A stretch of 64,000 nt of DNA from Mobula hypostoma. Taxonomy: Eukaryota. The stretch is from the NCBI RefSeq assembly GCF_963921235.1, contig NC_086108.1:78060001-78124000 (forward strand), given 5' to 3'. This document shows positions 26,158 through 39,695 of this stretch, in pieces. The notes beneath the pieces are model-generated. The model was not told the DNA's origin and searched no databases. It worked only from the letters and a program-made list of their open reading frames with translations. Position numbers and translations under genes: made by a program. Every line of letters begins with the position of its first letter. Within the stretch, counting starts at the first letter, position 1.

Positions 26158-28945
26158 CAGAATCAGAATCACCAGCGTGTGTCATAAAATTTGTTAACTT
26201 CACAGCAGCAGTACAATGCAATACATAATAATATAGAAGAAAACATAAAATAATAATAAGTAAGTAAGTAAATCAATTATAGTATACGTATACAGGTTTC
26301 CCCTGCTATCTGAAGGTAGAGCGTTCCTATGAAATGGTTTGTAAGCCAGAATGTCGAAAAGTGAATAAGCAATTACCATTTATTAATATGGGAAAAATTT
26401 TTGAGTGTTCCCAGACCCAAAAAATAACCTACAAAATCATGCCAAATAACACATAAAACTGAAAATAACAGTAACATATAGTAAAAGCAGGAAGGATATG
26501 ATAAATACACAGCCTACATAAAGTATAAATACTTTTCTGCAGCACTGCCTAGCACAGCAAAAATCTCGCGGAAGCGCTCTCAGCAGAAACACTCTCTCCA
26601 GTAACCTTTAAGCTATGAAGCTGCCAAATCATACCAAATAACACATAAAAATACACAGCCTATACAAAGTAGAAATAATGTATGTACAGTGTAGTTTCAT
26701 TTACCGGAATTGGGAAGACTCCAATAAATTGCAGTTTTGTCACAGTTAAACACTTGCTTATATGAATAACCACCTGATGCAATTGGCAATCGCCTCTGAA
26801 CTGGGCCGATATTTACGTGCTGGGCGTTGGGCGGCATCTAATTAATTAGCTTGTTTATTTCGGCTTTTTTCTTAAAGATGTGCTGGGTGCGTTCCGACTA
26901 CCACTGCACCACCGCATCCTTCGCGGCAATGTATCAGTCCGCGGCCCGGAGGTTGGGGACCACTACTTTAACTATGAAGCTGCCCTCGCCTCAGAAACCA
27001 ATCAAACCACCCATGACTATCTTTAAGTTCCACTTTCGCAACACTTTCATCACCATCATCCAGTGCTTTCTGTTTCAGTTTATTAAAAAGACTGACTCAT
27101 TTTTCCTTTAAACCATTGTCCAGTGCTTTCTGTTTCAGCTTACTGAAAAGACTGACTCATTTCTCCTTAAGTATAAAAAAACTTAACGGAACACCACACT
27201 TTGTACACCCATCAATCCACTCAAGCAATAGACTTTCCATTTTATCCTTCATTGGATGCCGACTAAGAGAAACCACTTTGCTACGAGCAGAACCAACAGT
27301 AACATCGGCAGCTGTCAAAATTCTTTCTCTCTGCGGATGAATAGTGCGAATGGTGGATGCAGGCAAGATCAACACACGGACAATGTCCTTACTTCATTCA
27401 CCATGTTCGAAAGGCTTAATTATGTCTGGTTTTACGGTAAGTGTAACACCCTTACGAGCTCTTTTAGGCTTTTCCGATACCTTAGAACTCATCTTGCTAA
27501 CGGATGCACAAAATAAATTGAGATAAAGCACGTGTTTAAGCAATGGCAGCTAGAATGCAGATCCGGGGGAGGAGCTTGGCTGTTTGGGCGCGCGCTGCCT
27601 TTTTTCGTAACAGTGAAAACACCTTCTGTTAGCGAAAACAGGTAACTAATGTAGGTCTTTCATATCAGCAAGGTGTCGTAAAGTGAACATTTGGAAAACC
27701 GGGGGCCACCTGTATTGAATAGGTTAAAAATCATACAAAAACATAAATAATATATATTTAAAAAGTGAGGTAGTGTCCAAGGGTTCAATGTCCTTTTAGG
27801 AATCGGATGGCAGAGGGGAAGAAGCTGTTCCTGAATCGCTGAGTATGTGCCTTCATGCTTCTGTACCTCCTGCCTGATGATAACAGTGAGAAAATGGCAT
27901 TCCCTGGGTGCTGGAGGTCCTTAATAATGGACACTGTCTTTCTGAGACACTACTTCCTGAAGATGTCCTGGGTACTTTGTAGGCTAGTACCCAAGATGGA
28001 GCTGACTAAATTTATAACCCTCTGCAGCTTCTTTCAGTCCTGTGCAGTAGCCCCTCCATACCAGACAGTGATGCAGCCTGTCAGAATGCTCTCCATGGTA
28101 CATCTGTAGAAGTTTTTGAGTGCATTTGTTGACATGCCAAATCTCTTCAAACTCCTAATAAAGTATAGCTGCTGTCTTGCCTTCTTTATGACTACATCGA
28201 TATATTGGGACCAGGTTAGATCCACAGAGACCTTAACACCCAGGAACTTGAAGCTGCTCACTCTCATCACATCTGATCCCTCAATGAGGATTGGTATGTG
28301 TTTGTTTGTCTTACCCTTCCTGAAGTCAACAATCAGCTCTTTCGTCTTACTGACATTGAGTGCCAGGTTGTTGCTGTGACACCACTCCACTAGTTGGCAT
28401 ATCTTGCTCCTGTACGCCTTCTCGTCACCATCTGAGATTCTGCCAATAATGGTTGTATCATCAGCAAATTTATAGATGGTATTTGAGCTGTGGCTAGCTG
28501 CACAGTCATGGGTATATAGAGACTAGAGCAGTGGGCTAAGCACACACTCCTGAGGTGCGCCAGTGTGCATTGTCAGCGAGCAGGATATGTTATCACCAAT
28601 CCGCATAGATTGTTGGCTTCCAGATAGGAAGTCAAGGATCCAGTTGCGGTTGGAGGTACAGAGGCCCAGGTTCTGCAACTTCTCAAGAATTGTGGGATTG
28701 ATAGTATTAAATGCTGAGCTGTAGTCGATGAACGGCATCCTGACACAGGTGTTTGTGTTGTCCAGGTGGTCCAAAGCCATGTGAAGAGTCATTGAGATTG
28801 CAGCTGCCATTGACCTATTGTGGTGATAGGCAAATTGCAGTGGGCCCAGGTCCTTGCTGAGGCAGAAGTTCAGTATCGTCATGACCAACCTCTCAAAGCA
28901 TTTCATCACTGTAGATGTGAGTGCTACCAGGGGATAGTCATTAGG
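26158..28945 (-). mobile_element. Rex1/Babar LINE 3' half, interrupted by Tigger
   Basis: YPLVALTSTVMKCFERLV, FIDYSSAFNTI, GAPQECVLSPLL, LNVSKTKELIVDFRK. (CAGAAT)n tail at 26158. Confidence 0.88.
26293..27712 (-). mobile_element. Tigger/pogo DNA transposon, internally deleted
   Basis: TA|CAGGTTTCCCC ... GGGGGCCACCTG|TA. CENP-B-type HTH (LPASTIRTI..KMESLLLEWID..GVPLS..LKEK) at 27157-27375. Confidence 0.85.
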
Positions 28946-29058
28946 GCCCCTTTCCCTCACCCACACTTTCACTCTCACTTGGTTCACCCATCACCTGCCA
29001 GCTTGTACTTCTTCCCGTCCTGCCACCTTCTTATTCTGGCTTCTTCCCCCTTCTTTTC

Positions 29059-29096
29059 CAGTCCTGATGAAGGGTCTTGGCCCAAAACATCGACTG
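29059..29096 (+). ncRNA. Hammerhead motif copy (GAAA decayed to AAAA)
   Basis: CAGTC-CTGATGA-A-GGGT CTTG GCCC-AAAA-CA-TC-GACTG, with a perfect helix I. Confidence 0.62.
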
Positions 29097-31993
29097 TTTT
29101 TGTACAGATGCTGCCAGACCTGCAGACTTCTTCTAGCATTTTGTGTGTGTTGCCCTATTTCAGCATACATTTTGCAGGTAACTGTGACTGTACAATGTTT
29201 AATGGATGTTTATGACCATTTTACATTTAATCCCAGTTTAATTTCGATAAAGCTTATTTGATTATAAAAGTGGGTTGGATGAAATATAAATTCCGCTGTT
29301 CGGTGCCTGGTTACTGGACATTATCAGTGTGGAGGATTTTGAATGTATGATGGCACGGCAGAATACAATAGGAGCTAGAGTTTGGACAAAGAAAAATCAC
29401 AGAAATGTACTATGTTGTACTTTTCTATGATCTTATGTTGCCAGTTCACTTTCTCTAGTTTCAGTTTAGTCATAATTCCACCACCATGTGTATTTTGCCA
29501 AAGCATAAATTGACTGATCTTTAATTATGTTACATAGCATGGTGAAAATTAAATTTCTTGTACTCTGTGTTAAATCTTTATGCTGAAAAAAAAGTCAGTG
29601 TGACCTGCAGTTCTGAAGTAGCTTAGTTTCACTCACCATTTACTGTAAATGTCAAATGTTCACTGGTAGATGAGACATTGCAGGCTACAGCCAATCTCTT
29701 TTTGGCAGAAAAACAGTTGCAGGAATGTTACCAAAGCAGTAAGTCTTTCCACACAAAACCAATTACACCAAAGTACCAAAAACAAAACTAAATAACACTG
29801 CATTGTCTGAAATGCCACTGATGTTTCAAAAATCTATCAATTTTATCACCAAAAGCAGGTTTTTTTTTCCAAAAAGAATATTTTTAAATATCACATCCCT
29901 AAATTGTTCTATTACGTGATTTGGATTATAGGTGAACTTTATATGATGCAATTCGTTTATATGAAGTTTGCGTTCTGAAACTGGCCTAGAGTCTGATTTG
30001 ATATGATCTAAAATGGCAGCACCTAGTACAGGCTTTGTTCTCCCCTGCTCTTTTGGTTTTCATTGTGCAGATCCATCCAAGATGGCAGATAGCATGTTGG
30101 CACTGTAGTCCTAATTTACCTCACCTTATTAATTCCAATTATAAAAGAAAACCTGAAATGGCAGTTCTCAGCAAGGGGAAATGCAATTAAACTGAAAACA
30201 AAATAAATTGCTGCTTCTTAATCCAGCACAATGAGGCACAATTTTTGCTGGAAATACTCCCGCAGGAATTGCCTGTTGAAGCCCACATTTTTTTCACTAC
30301 TTTAGTCGCAAGAGTAGCTTTGATCCACTTGCAAAACCTTGAATATTTGATACTTACATATGTTCTATGCAAATTTCTTATTCTGAGTTGCAGTGAGGAT
30401 TGAGCATTTTTAGAACTTAAGCCTTCTCATGACCTTGTCAAAGTGGTTTGAGTCGATTGATGTAACTGGATTACACAGCATCTTTTGTGAAAACTTGCAG
30501 CCAGGAAGGGCAACTATGTTTTCATCAGATTCTATGAAAGTAATAAATGCAGAAGTAATTTTCGTCTTGCCTCCCTGGACAGTCAATAAAATGAAATGGA
30601 GGTCATGAAGAATCTCTGCAAGTTTGTTACCCAGGCAGAGGAGTGAAAATGGCCCTAATTCATCGTGGGTTTCTACTACACAGAACCCAGCCAATTGTTA
30701 GTTTTGGAGAAATAATTTTCTGAACAAAGCAAGGAAAATAAGAAAGAAAGGGAAAAAGGAGAAAAGAGAAGGAAGGAAAAAAGAAAGAAGAAAGGTGGTT
30801 CTCTGTATTTCACAACCATAGAAGTGTCTTGAATTATGGTAGATGTGTAACATAGGGAATACTGTATAGTACAAACGAGAGCTCTACAAGTTATGTTGAG
30901 AGATAAATGACCAATAAGCTGCTTTTTCCCCATTCTTGGAGCAGAATACCTACTCTTATATGGTCCACACCATGGTACCCTCTACATCCATCCTTAAGCA
31001 AATCAATCTTTGCCTTTAACATCTTATTGGAGCAACAGCACTCCGACAGTCTGTTTTCAAGTAGAAAGTTTATTTATCCGTGTTGAACCTTTTTAATAGT
31101 TTCATATTGCAGGATTATCTCCGTTCCCCCGCGCCCCCCCCAAAACTTGTGGATATAATGGTTTTCTTGTTGGTGAATGCAGATTAGATGTATTCATTTA
31201 AGACATAATACATGCCCTCTGGCTCCTCTTTCCACGATTACCCCATTGCTCTTAAAACACTTATAAACTGCTTTGAGAGTTTCCTTAATGTCACCTACCT
31301 GTGATATTTTGTTCCCTCGCTTTGCCTTTTGAATTTATTGTTACGCCCTCACCCACGAACTCTCTATCCTCTTGAAAGGGCTTCTCTTTTTTTCATTCTG
31401 TATGCTCTCATTTTTCATTCTGTCCTCAATATCCCTTGACCGTCTGGGTATCTTAGTCTTTTCATTGAATCTGAACTCTCATTATTTTACCTTTAAATTA
31501 TCTTACTCATCCAGTGGAGACTTACCTGCAAGTAGTTACTCTCACTCTATTTTGTCCCAGACATGCTATTATGTCCAGATCCTGTCTGATAATGTTGAAA
31601 CTCTCCAATTCAGAACTTTAACTTTCAGATAGTCTTTATCCCTTTCCGTCACAAATTTTCAGAGGTATGGTCACAATCGCCATAAAGATTCTTCCACTTT
31701 CATTTCAGTGACGATACATTCCCCAAGATTAGGTCCAGTACTGCTCCTTTCCTGAATGCACTTTAAAATTTCACCCTCATTATGACCTTCCACACTTAAA
31801 ATTACTATTGGATTCCGCAAAACCTCTTCCATATTGATCTGCCAGATTTTTTTTCACACTCTAGGACTTTCAAAAGCTTTGATAGAGAGGGGACATTAAT
31901 AGTGAAGTTGAAATCCTCTGCTGCTCAGAGTCATCCCCCTATAACTCTTACTTTATAATAGAAGCACCCATTTTATGGATTCCCATAGATACA

Positions 31994-32781
31994 TGTAATG
32001 CCCTGGCATTAAAGTATGTAATGCCATATTTTAACGGTAACCCAAATACTACTGCAAAGCTGTGGGATATTTCATTTAATAGTTTTCTGTAGAAGCAATG
32101 TGTTCTGCTGGTAGTGTTTGGGTTACTGTTAAAGATAAGGGGTTGTGATGTTCAGCTTTGGAATGTCAGATCAGCCAATCAGGATGGTGGAATTGGGAGA
32201 AGGGTCCAGAGAAATCTGGGCGGACAGGTTTTGTGAGAGGGGTTTTGTGAGGCCCTTTTTGGTGGGAGATGGAGAAAGAAGAAGATCAAGAGAACCGGCA
32301 GTAGGATTCGATCCAACTGGAATGCGCAATTCAGTGGAGTCGAAGATGGGAAGTTCTATCAGTGATTGGTGAATCGGAGTTGGCACCCAGATTTTGGAAG
32401 ATCTGAGCTCCAACTTTATGCACAATCGATTATTTTAATTATAATGGGCCCTTTTATTTTTTTCCTTTTACCCTTTCTTCAATATCTTGCATTAAGTGAC
32501 GTTCATAAATATACATTTCTTATAACTGTATGCAGTGTACGATATGTTATTTCTTGCCATTGGGTAATTGCAAGTGAGCAGGATTTACACAGTATTCGCT
32601 CAGATTGGGGTGCAGGTTGCTGAAACGTCTCGGTTCTCCCGGTCTGGTGGGACCCAAGTCATATCGACCTTAGACATACAGAGTTCGAGAAAGGTGGTTT
32701 TCTTACTGCTGAGTCCATTGGCTTGTTAGCAAAGGGCTAACCAGCTGTGTTTCTAGAAACGCCTGGTAAAAAGGGGTTTCA
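31994..32781 (+). mobile_element. Probable solo LTR
   Basis: TGTAATGCCC...GGGGTTTCA ends. Flanks TACA/TATG, both derivable from TACG by CpG decay. CCAATCAG and GGGCGG boxes; internal hairpin at 32031-32133. Confidence 0.5.
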
Positions 32782-33427
32782 TATGAATGAGCTCCATTAT
32801 ATTATTAAATTTGGAAATACATCAAATATACAGATTGGCAGGTATGTTGTGGGCATCTAGCCAATAATATAGAAGAAGATACAATAAGTTTTTTCAGATA
32901 TATAAGGAGTAATAAAGAGACGTGTATGCATATCAGACCACTGGAAAATGACATTGTTGAGGTAGTAATGGGGACAAAGAAATAGCGGAGGAACTTATAA
33001 GTATTTTGCATCAGTCTTCACTGCGGAAGACACTTGCAGAATGTCAGATATAAGAGAATGTCAGGAGGCAGAAATGAGTGTCATTGCTATTGCTAAGGAG
33101 AAGATGCCTGGGAAGCTGACAAGCCTGAAGGTAGATAAGTCACTGGACCAGATGGACTACGTCCCAGTGTTCTGTAAGATGCAGCTGAAGAGATTGTACT
33201 GATCTTTCAAGAATCACTAGATTTTGGAATGGTTCCAGAGTATTGTAAAATTATAAATGTCATTTCACTCTTTAAAAAGGGAAGGAGTAACTTCCGGTGA
33301 TGCCATGATTCAGTTTTGACCTGCCTCGCATTCCCTCCCACGAAACTCGAGGAATAATAGCTGTTAGGTTATCTTAGACCATATATGAAAGATATTTTTG
33401 CTTAGTAAAGAATAGAGGAACGTGAGT

Positions 33428-34383
33428 ATGGCGTCTCGGACTTCAAAACACGCTGGAAACCAAGAAATACAAAGAGAAAGCAAAGATAAAAAGATACAGT
33501 TCACTCCAGAACAGGCCGAAGCCAGCAAAGATGATGATATGGCCGTGATACTACGTGAATTGAAAGAGCTGAGAAAAGAAAATCAAGAGTCATTATTAGA
33601 TACCAAGGCATCCCTGCTTAGACCGGAAACTTCGATGACCGACCTGAAGGAACGACTGGATCTACTTGAGCAGAAGTCTATCAAGTCTGAGTCCAGAATT
33701 AGTGCTAACGAGGACGCACGGCATGAGAGAGCACTTAAATACTTGTTGAAGCGAGAAGCCACTCTTACCGCGGTTTATGATGATCTACAGAACTGCTTTC
33801 GAAGAAATAACTTAAGAATCTATCAGATACCTGAGGGTAGTGAGAAAGGAGACATGGAGGGGTTTGTCAAACAGTTAATTAAAACGATGCTTCAGCTGCC
33901 AGATGACTTAAATAATGCACATTGAAAGAGCTCACCGATCTCTAAGCACAAAGCCCACGCTCCATCGTTGTACGCTTCTTGGATTATACAGTGAAAGAGG
34001 CAAAACTGCGTCAAGCATGGGCTCAAAAACAAGTTACGTTTCAAGGCAGAGTCATCTATTTTGATCAGGACTACTTTCCTGAGGTCCAGAAAAGAAGAGC
34101 GAAAGTCCGTGCCGTGATCAAGCAGCGAAGGGAGAAAGGTGTGCGAGCAAGTTGTCGCTTCCCAGCGCAGCTGAGAATACACTTGGATGCTGGACTGAAG
34201 ACCTTTCCTTCCTTGATTGAAGCTTTACCTACACTGAGCAACCTGGGCATCTCCGTGCCGGTGAGTGGGAGGGAGAAGCTGGAGCAGCAGCTCATCAGCG
34301 AGGTATGGCAGGTGCAGCAGAGGGAGCGAGGAGGAGGGAGCACTGCGCTGTCAGAGGCAGACATGAGAGTTCTCCTGACATAA
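33428..34383 (+). pseudogene. L1 ORF1p (coiled coil + RRM + CTD), frameshifted
   Basis: ORFs 33422-33925 and 33979-34383: heptad-rich region, RRNNLRIYQIPEGSE, IYFDQDYFPEVQKRR, RFPAQLRI. Confidence 0.88.
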
Positions 34384-37300
34384 GGAGAGGACGATTTTTT
34401 TTTCGTTCAAAGAAGGAGGTATTATGAATGGTGTCTTCTTCGGACTGATCAATAATTTCTGGTTGTGAGGAATATTTAACTGTCTTCGTCAACATGTGCT
34501 TCTATTTAGCAGTCTAACTGACATACATTGATATACAGTGCAGTTTTATGGGGGGGAGGGAGGGCAAGTTAAATTTTGTTAAGAGAAGGAATTGCCAAGG
34601 GAGGGGAACAACTCAACCAGGGGGATATGTTTTCCCCGAGGTTTGTAGCTATGACAGCACTGTGTGCGTGTTCCCCAGAGAGAAGCAGGTGTCATTACTC
34701 TCTGCCTGATTATCATCAGGGGTTGGTCTTGATAAGAGAAAAAGCAGTCATAATAATTTGTTTTATCAGGAATCTTAAAAGACCAACTGGGTATTTGGAA
34801 GTCTTGTTTGGTTTTGTTGGATTTGTTGTGTTTTGTGGGTTATACTCTTTTGTAAATAGTTCTCTAGGCATTGGCAGGTCTTTACAAGTTTTTCAGTTAT
34901 TAAACTATAAAAATGCCGGGTTTGGTTGAAGGTGGGAGGGGGGAAGTGATGTAGTAAGAGAGATATTGTACTATGGCCACTTTGAACATAATTAGTTATA
35001 ATATTAATGGAATCAATCACCCCATTAAAAGGAAAAGAAATATTGGCTCAGTTGAAAGAACTTAATTGTTCTATAGTTCTATTAAAAGAAACACATTTAG
35101 GAGACATGGAACATAAAAAATTAAAAGAGAGTGGGTAGATCAAGTCTATTATTCATATTGTCCTAATAGTGGAAAGAGAGGAGTTGCAATATTAATTAAC
35201 AGATCAGTTTATTTCATGGTGGAAAAAGACGTTACAGACAAGCAGGGTAGATGTGTGTTAGTTTTGGGCTCTATGGGAGGTGAAGAGTTTACCATCATGA
35301 GCATCTATGCACCGAATGAAGATAATCCCACCTTTTTCAAAGAAGTAGCTGTATTACTTGCCAGGGAAGCTAGAGGTACTGTTATAGTTGGAGGAGACTT
35401 TAATTGTATTCTTAATAGGAGTTTGGATAAATTACCTGGGAATGGGGAACCCCTGAGCAAGAAGTCTAAAGCAGTAAAAATTATGTTGGATGAGCTTGGG
35501 CTGGTTGATGGCTGTAGAGTATTGAATCCAGGTGTCAGGGATTTTAATCATACATCAAGAGCCCATGGCTCATATTCAAGAATTGACCTTATTTGCATCC
35601 CAAAGATGAATCTACATCAGGTGAAGGAATGTGTTATTGAACCCATTACACTGTCAGATCACGCTCCCGTTAAATTTGTACTGAAAGTAGGCTGTGAGTG
35701 GCACTTCAGATATTGGAGACACAATGTTGATGGATCCCTCTTCCTATAATCAACTAAAACAATGCAGTGACGAATATTTTGTGACAAATGACAATGAGGA
35801 GGTTTCCCCCTCGATACTGTGGGAAGGTGCAAGAACCGTGATTAGGGGAAAATGTATTGATTTGGCTGTTCAAGTGAAAAAAATCCCGAAACAAAAAATG
35901 TAATCAGTTACAAAGTAAAATAAAAAGATTAGAACAAACGCACAAATCAACATTGAACAAAGATGATTGGAAAAACCTCCAAAAGTGTAGGGATGCCTTG
36001 AATGAGTTGCTCACATATAAAGTGGAAGGAGCACTTAGATACACAAATCAGAAGTATTATGAGATGGGGAACCGGGCCAGCCGTCTGTTAGCATTTCAGT
36101 TGAGAAAGGCACAGTCTAGTAGAGTTGTACCAAAATTTAGACATCCTTTAACTTTCTCCGAGGTATCGAACCCAAACGATGTAGCAGAGGCATTTAGGGC
36201 CTTCTATAAAGACCTGTATGATTCTTCGGATCCTCCACAAAATAAAGGCAAGCTGGACGAGATTTTAAGAGACATTTGTATAAACAAACTTTCGGAAAAT
36301 GAGATTGTCTCACTGACACAACCAGTCTCAGAACTAGAAATAAAAGATGTTATTAAAACATTAAAAAGTAATAAATCTCCAGGTATGGATGGATTTCTGG
36401 GTGAGTTCTATAACAGAACGGAACTTACTCCAGTTTTATGTAAAGTTTTTAATTATGCTTTGAATGAACATGACCTCCCGGAGAGCTGGTCAGAGGCAAT
36501 CGTATCAGTAATCCACAAGGATAGAAAGGACCCTATAGCTTGTAGTTCATATAGACCAATCAGCCTACTTGGTACTGATGTGAAGATTCTTTGCTCTATT
36601 TGAGCAAAGAGACTACAGAAATATATAGGGATATTGATTAATCCAGATCAAACTGGATTTATTCCAGGCCGCCAGGAGGAAATAATGTTAGAAGAGCTTT
36701 AAATATCCAGTCTTTGCACAGAGATCCATCCAACCTTCAACGCTTCTTAGCTTAGATCCCGAGAAGGCATTTGAAAGGGTGGATTGGATATACTTGGACT
36801 ATACCTTAGAAAAAATGGGCTTTAATGCAACATTTTGAAGTTGAATGAAGATACTGAATAGAGATCCAGTTTCCAGGGTTAGAGTAAATGGATACTGTTC
36901 CAATTTCTTCAGGCTCAAAAGGCGAACCAGACAGGGGAGTCCCCTATCCCCGATATTATTTGCTTAAGCATTGAACCACTGGCTGAGTTAATAAGACAAA
37001 ATGAACAAATTGAGGGTATAACAGATAAAGGAGGTATAATCCACAAGATAGCTTTATTTGTAAATGACATTCTTCTCTTTATAAAAAAAACCCTCTTTCA
37101 TCAGTTCCCCTGCTTATACAATGCTTGAGAAGCTATGGAGAGGTCTCAGGATACAAAGTTAACAAAGTGAAATCTGAAGCTATGATGATTACAAGGACCT
37201 GGCCAAGCCAGCTCGATGATGAAGTGACTTTTCATTGGTCAGGACAGGGTTTTAGATATTTGGGGGTAGTTTACCTCATAGTTCCTCTCAGCTCTTTGCA

Positions 37301-38545
37301 GCCAATTATGTTAAACTTATTAATCAAGTGAGGAGAGATCTTGAACATTGGGAGATGCTTCCTTTATCACTGATAGGTAGAGTAGAAGTGATCAGGATGA
37401 ATATTTTGCCCAGGTTTCTTTTTCTTTTTAATGCTTTACCCATAATAGTTCCCATATCTACTTTTAAAATGTTGGATTGACTCATCAGTAGGTTTATATG
37501 GCAGAAGAAGAGGTCCAGGATGAGATTAAAAGTATTATACTCAAATAAAAAACAGGGAGGTTTAGCTTTACCTCATTTAAAGACCTATTACTGGGCTGCC
37601 CAATTAGGAGCAATTGTGTCATGGATCAGAGAAGATGTGGATTCAAGATGGGTTCACATAGAGCAAAATTCAATTGGTGAGTTATCTTTAGCAGCTCTTC
37701 CCTTTTTAAATCCAAATGTGTAGAAGAATGTTGAGACTCAGAATGAATGGGTTAACTATACATTGAAAGTGTGTGATAGAATTAGGAGAAAATTAGATCT
37801 TCCAAGGTCTATATCAAGGGCAACCAGAATTGCATTCATTTCAGATTTTATTCCAGCAAGACTGGATTCTGGTTTTAACAGGTGGGCACAAAGAGGCCTG
37901 GTTCTTGTGGATCAATTGTTTGATGGTGAGATGCTCAAATCTTTCTCTCAGCTCCAAACTGAATTTGACCTTGTATCAAATGACTTTTATAGATTCCTCC
38001 AAATTAGACATTACCGTACATCACACAAAGAATGGAATAATCTTAAAATACAGCCAAATAATTTTGAAAAATTTTGGATAGAGATCATCATGGGTAGGTC
38101 GCAATCCCAGAAAACTGTATCTTGTCTATATAAGAACATACACCTGGGTACAATGGATAACACGTTAGATGTTAAACATAAGTGGGAATTGGAGGTAAAT
38201 ACCATAATAGAAGAGGAAGAGTGGGAGAGGTCTTGGGAGTCGTGGCATAAATGCTTGAATAGTCCCAACTGGAGGGAATTTGCTTGGAAAATAAGGATGA
38301 GGTACTTTAAAACCCCATTAGTAATATCATTACATGCAGAAAAAAACAGCAGACTTTGCTGGAGGGGCTGTGGCCCAGTGGGAGATTTTGCACATATATT
38401 CTGAGACTGTCCCAAATTAAGGGAATTTTGGTACAGGGTCACTGAGGAAATGAGAAAGATTTTAGATATAAGTATACCCTTTCAACCTAATCATTTAATT
38501 TTAGGTAACCTCCCGCAATTTGCACTAGAGAAGAATAAACTATAC

Positions 38546-38803
38546 CTGGACCTGAGACAGGTTTTTCAAGTCGCCTATGTTATCATTAAAGCAGCAAATT
38601 CTCCACGTCCTGGCAACTGGGTTTTGTAGCGCTCAATCGATGGCATTACATTTGAACCATGGCAGTACTGTGCCACAAGTGATACTGAATGCTTGACCCG
38701 ATACAACATTGCACCTCGAATTGGGCCGCCAACCTACAAAAGAGATGATGAAGTGATCTGCACTTCTTATTATTCCAGGCTCGTCCCAGTGGAGCATGAA
38801 GAG
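38546..38803 (+). pseudogene. LAMA1: Laminin alpha-1 LN-domain fragment, partially processed retrocopy
   Basis: Manual translation gives [85 protein letters not shown]. This matches the laminin alpha LN domain with LAMA1-type residues ([28 protein letters not shown]) rather than LAMA2-type. In-frame TAG at 38627-38629. Followed by GTAATG at 38804. Confidence 0.93.
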
Positions 38804-38889
38804 GTAATGTCATCTTCATAGAAAGATATCAAATACCTGCTGGAAGGTGCGTTTTAAAATAGGGTTCTGGTGGATCACCCATCACTCAA

Positions 38890-39288
38890 TACAGGAGTTG
38901 GGATGTTCTGTTGAAGTTGGATTAAATATTGCTGAGGCCAACTTTTGAGTAATGCGTGCAGTTCGTCTACTTACAGGGAAGATACCAGTAAGCTGAAAAG
39001 AGTGCAGGAATGTTGCCGAGACTCAAGAGCCTGAGTTACTGGGAAAGGTTGAATCAGTTAGGACATTGTTTCTTGGAGCGTAGGAGAATAAGGGAGGATT
39101 TGATAGAGCTATACAAAATTATGAGAGGTATAGACAGGGGTAAATACAAGCAGGCTTTTTTCCCACAGAGGCTGGGTGAGACTAGAGCTAGAAATCAAAC
39201 GTTTACTGGAGGTGAAAGCTGAAATTTTTAAAGGTAATCTGAAGGGAAACTTCTTCACTCAGAGGGTGTTGTAGAAAGAACTGCCAGA
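38890..39288 (+). mobile_element. Older CR1 fragment inside the LAMA1 insert
   Basis: MLPRLKSLSYWERLNQLG..LERRR..DLIELYKIMRGIDR. Stops abruptly where the younger CR1 begins. Confidence 0.8.
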
Positions 39289-39695
39289 AGTTTATTCTTT
39301 GGAGCGTAGAAGGTTGAGGGGGGACTTGATAGAGGTATTTAAAATTATGAAGGGGGATAGATAGAGTTGTCGTGGATAGGCTTTTTCCATTGAGATTGGG
39401 GGAGATTCAAACAAGAGGACATGAGTTGAGAGTTAAAGGGCAAAAATTTAGGGGTAACATGAGGGGGATCTTCTTTACTCAGAAAGTGGTAGCTGTGTGG
39501 AACGAGCTTCCAGCAGAAGTGGTTGAGGCAGGTTCGATTTTGTCGTTTAAAGGTAAATTGGATAGATATATGGACAGGAAAGGAATGGAGGGTTATGGGC
39601 TGAGTGCAGGTCGGTGGGACTAGGTGAAAGTAAGAGTTCGGCACAGACTAGAAGGGCTGAGATGGCCTGTTTCCGTGCTGTAATTGTTATATGGT
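39289..39695 (+). mobile_element. Young CR1 3' end with (TTATATGG)n tail, terminating the LAMA1 insert
   Basis: RGHELRV..FFTQKVVAVWNELP..FKGKLDRYM, 3' UTR hairpin, tail GTTATATGGTTATAT. Confidence 0.88.

Larger units (their letters stand above)
25845..29155 (+). mobile_element. Penelope-like 3' end split by a Rex1/Babar insertion (pieces 25845-26157 and 28946-29155)
   Basis: LEEQHLIFHLGSLQPD, then a pyrimidine-rich UTR that resumes after 28945 and ends with the hammerhead-bearing terminus. Confidence 0.78.

Noticed and set aside
30187..30933. Minus-strand ORFs and a splice-like segment
   Set aside because: No recognisable domain, and the candidate exon has stops in all frames.
38402..38803. 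Functional L1 ORF2-laminin fusion protein (the LAMA1 piece is in frame with ORF2)
   Set aside because: In-frame joining has a 1-in-3 chance, and there are stops at 38402 and 38627 plus many ORF2 lesions.
38561..38803. A genuine exon of a resident LAMA1 gene
   Set aside because: Premature stop, no acceptor pyrimidine tract, embedded in an L1 with a TSD, and no other laminin exons recognised in the 64 kb.
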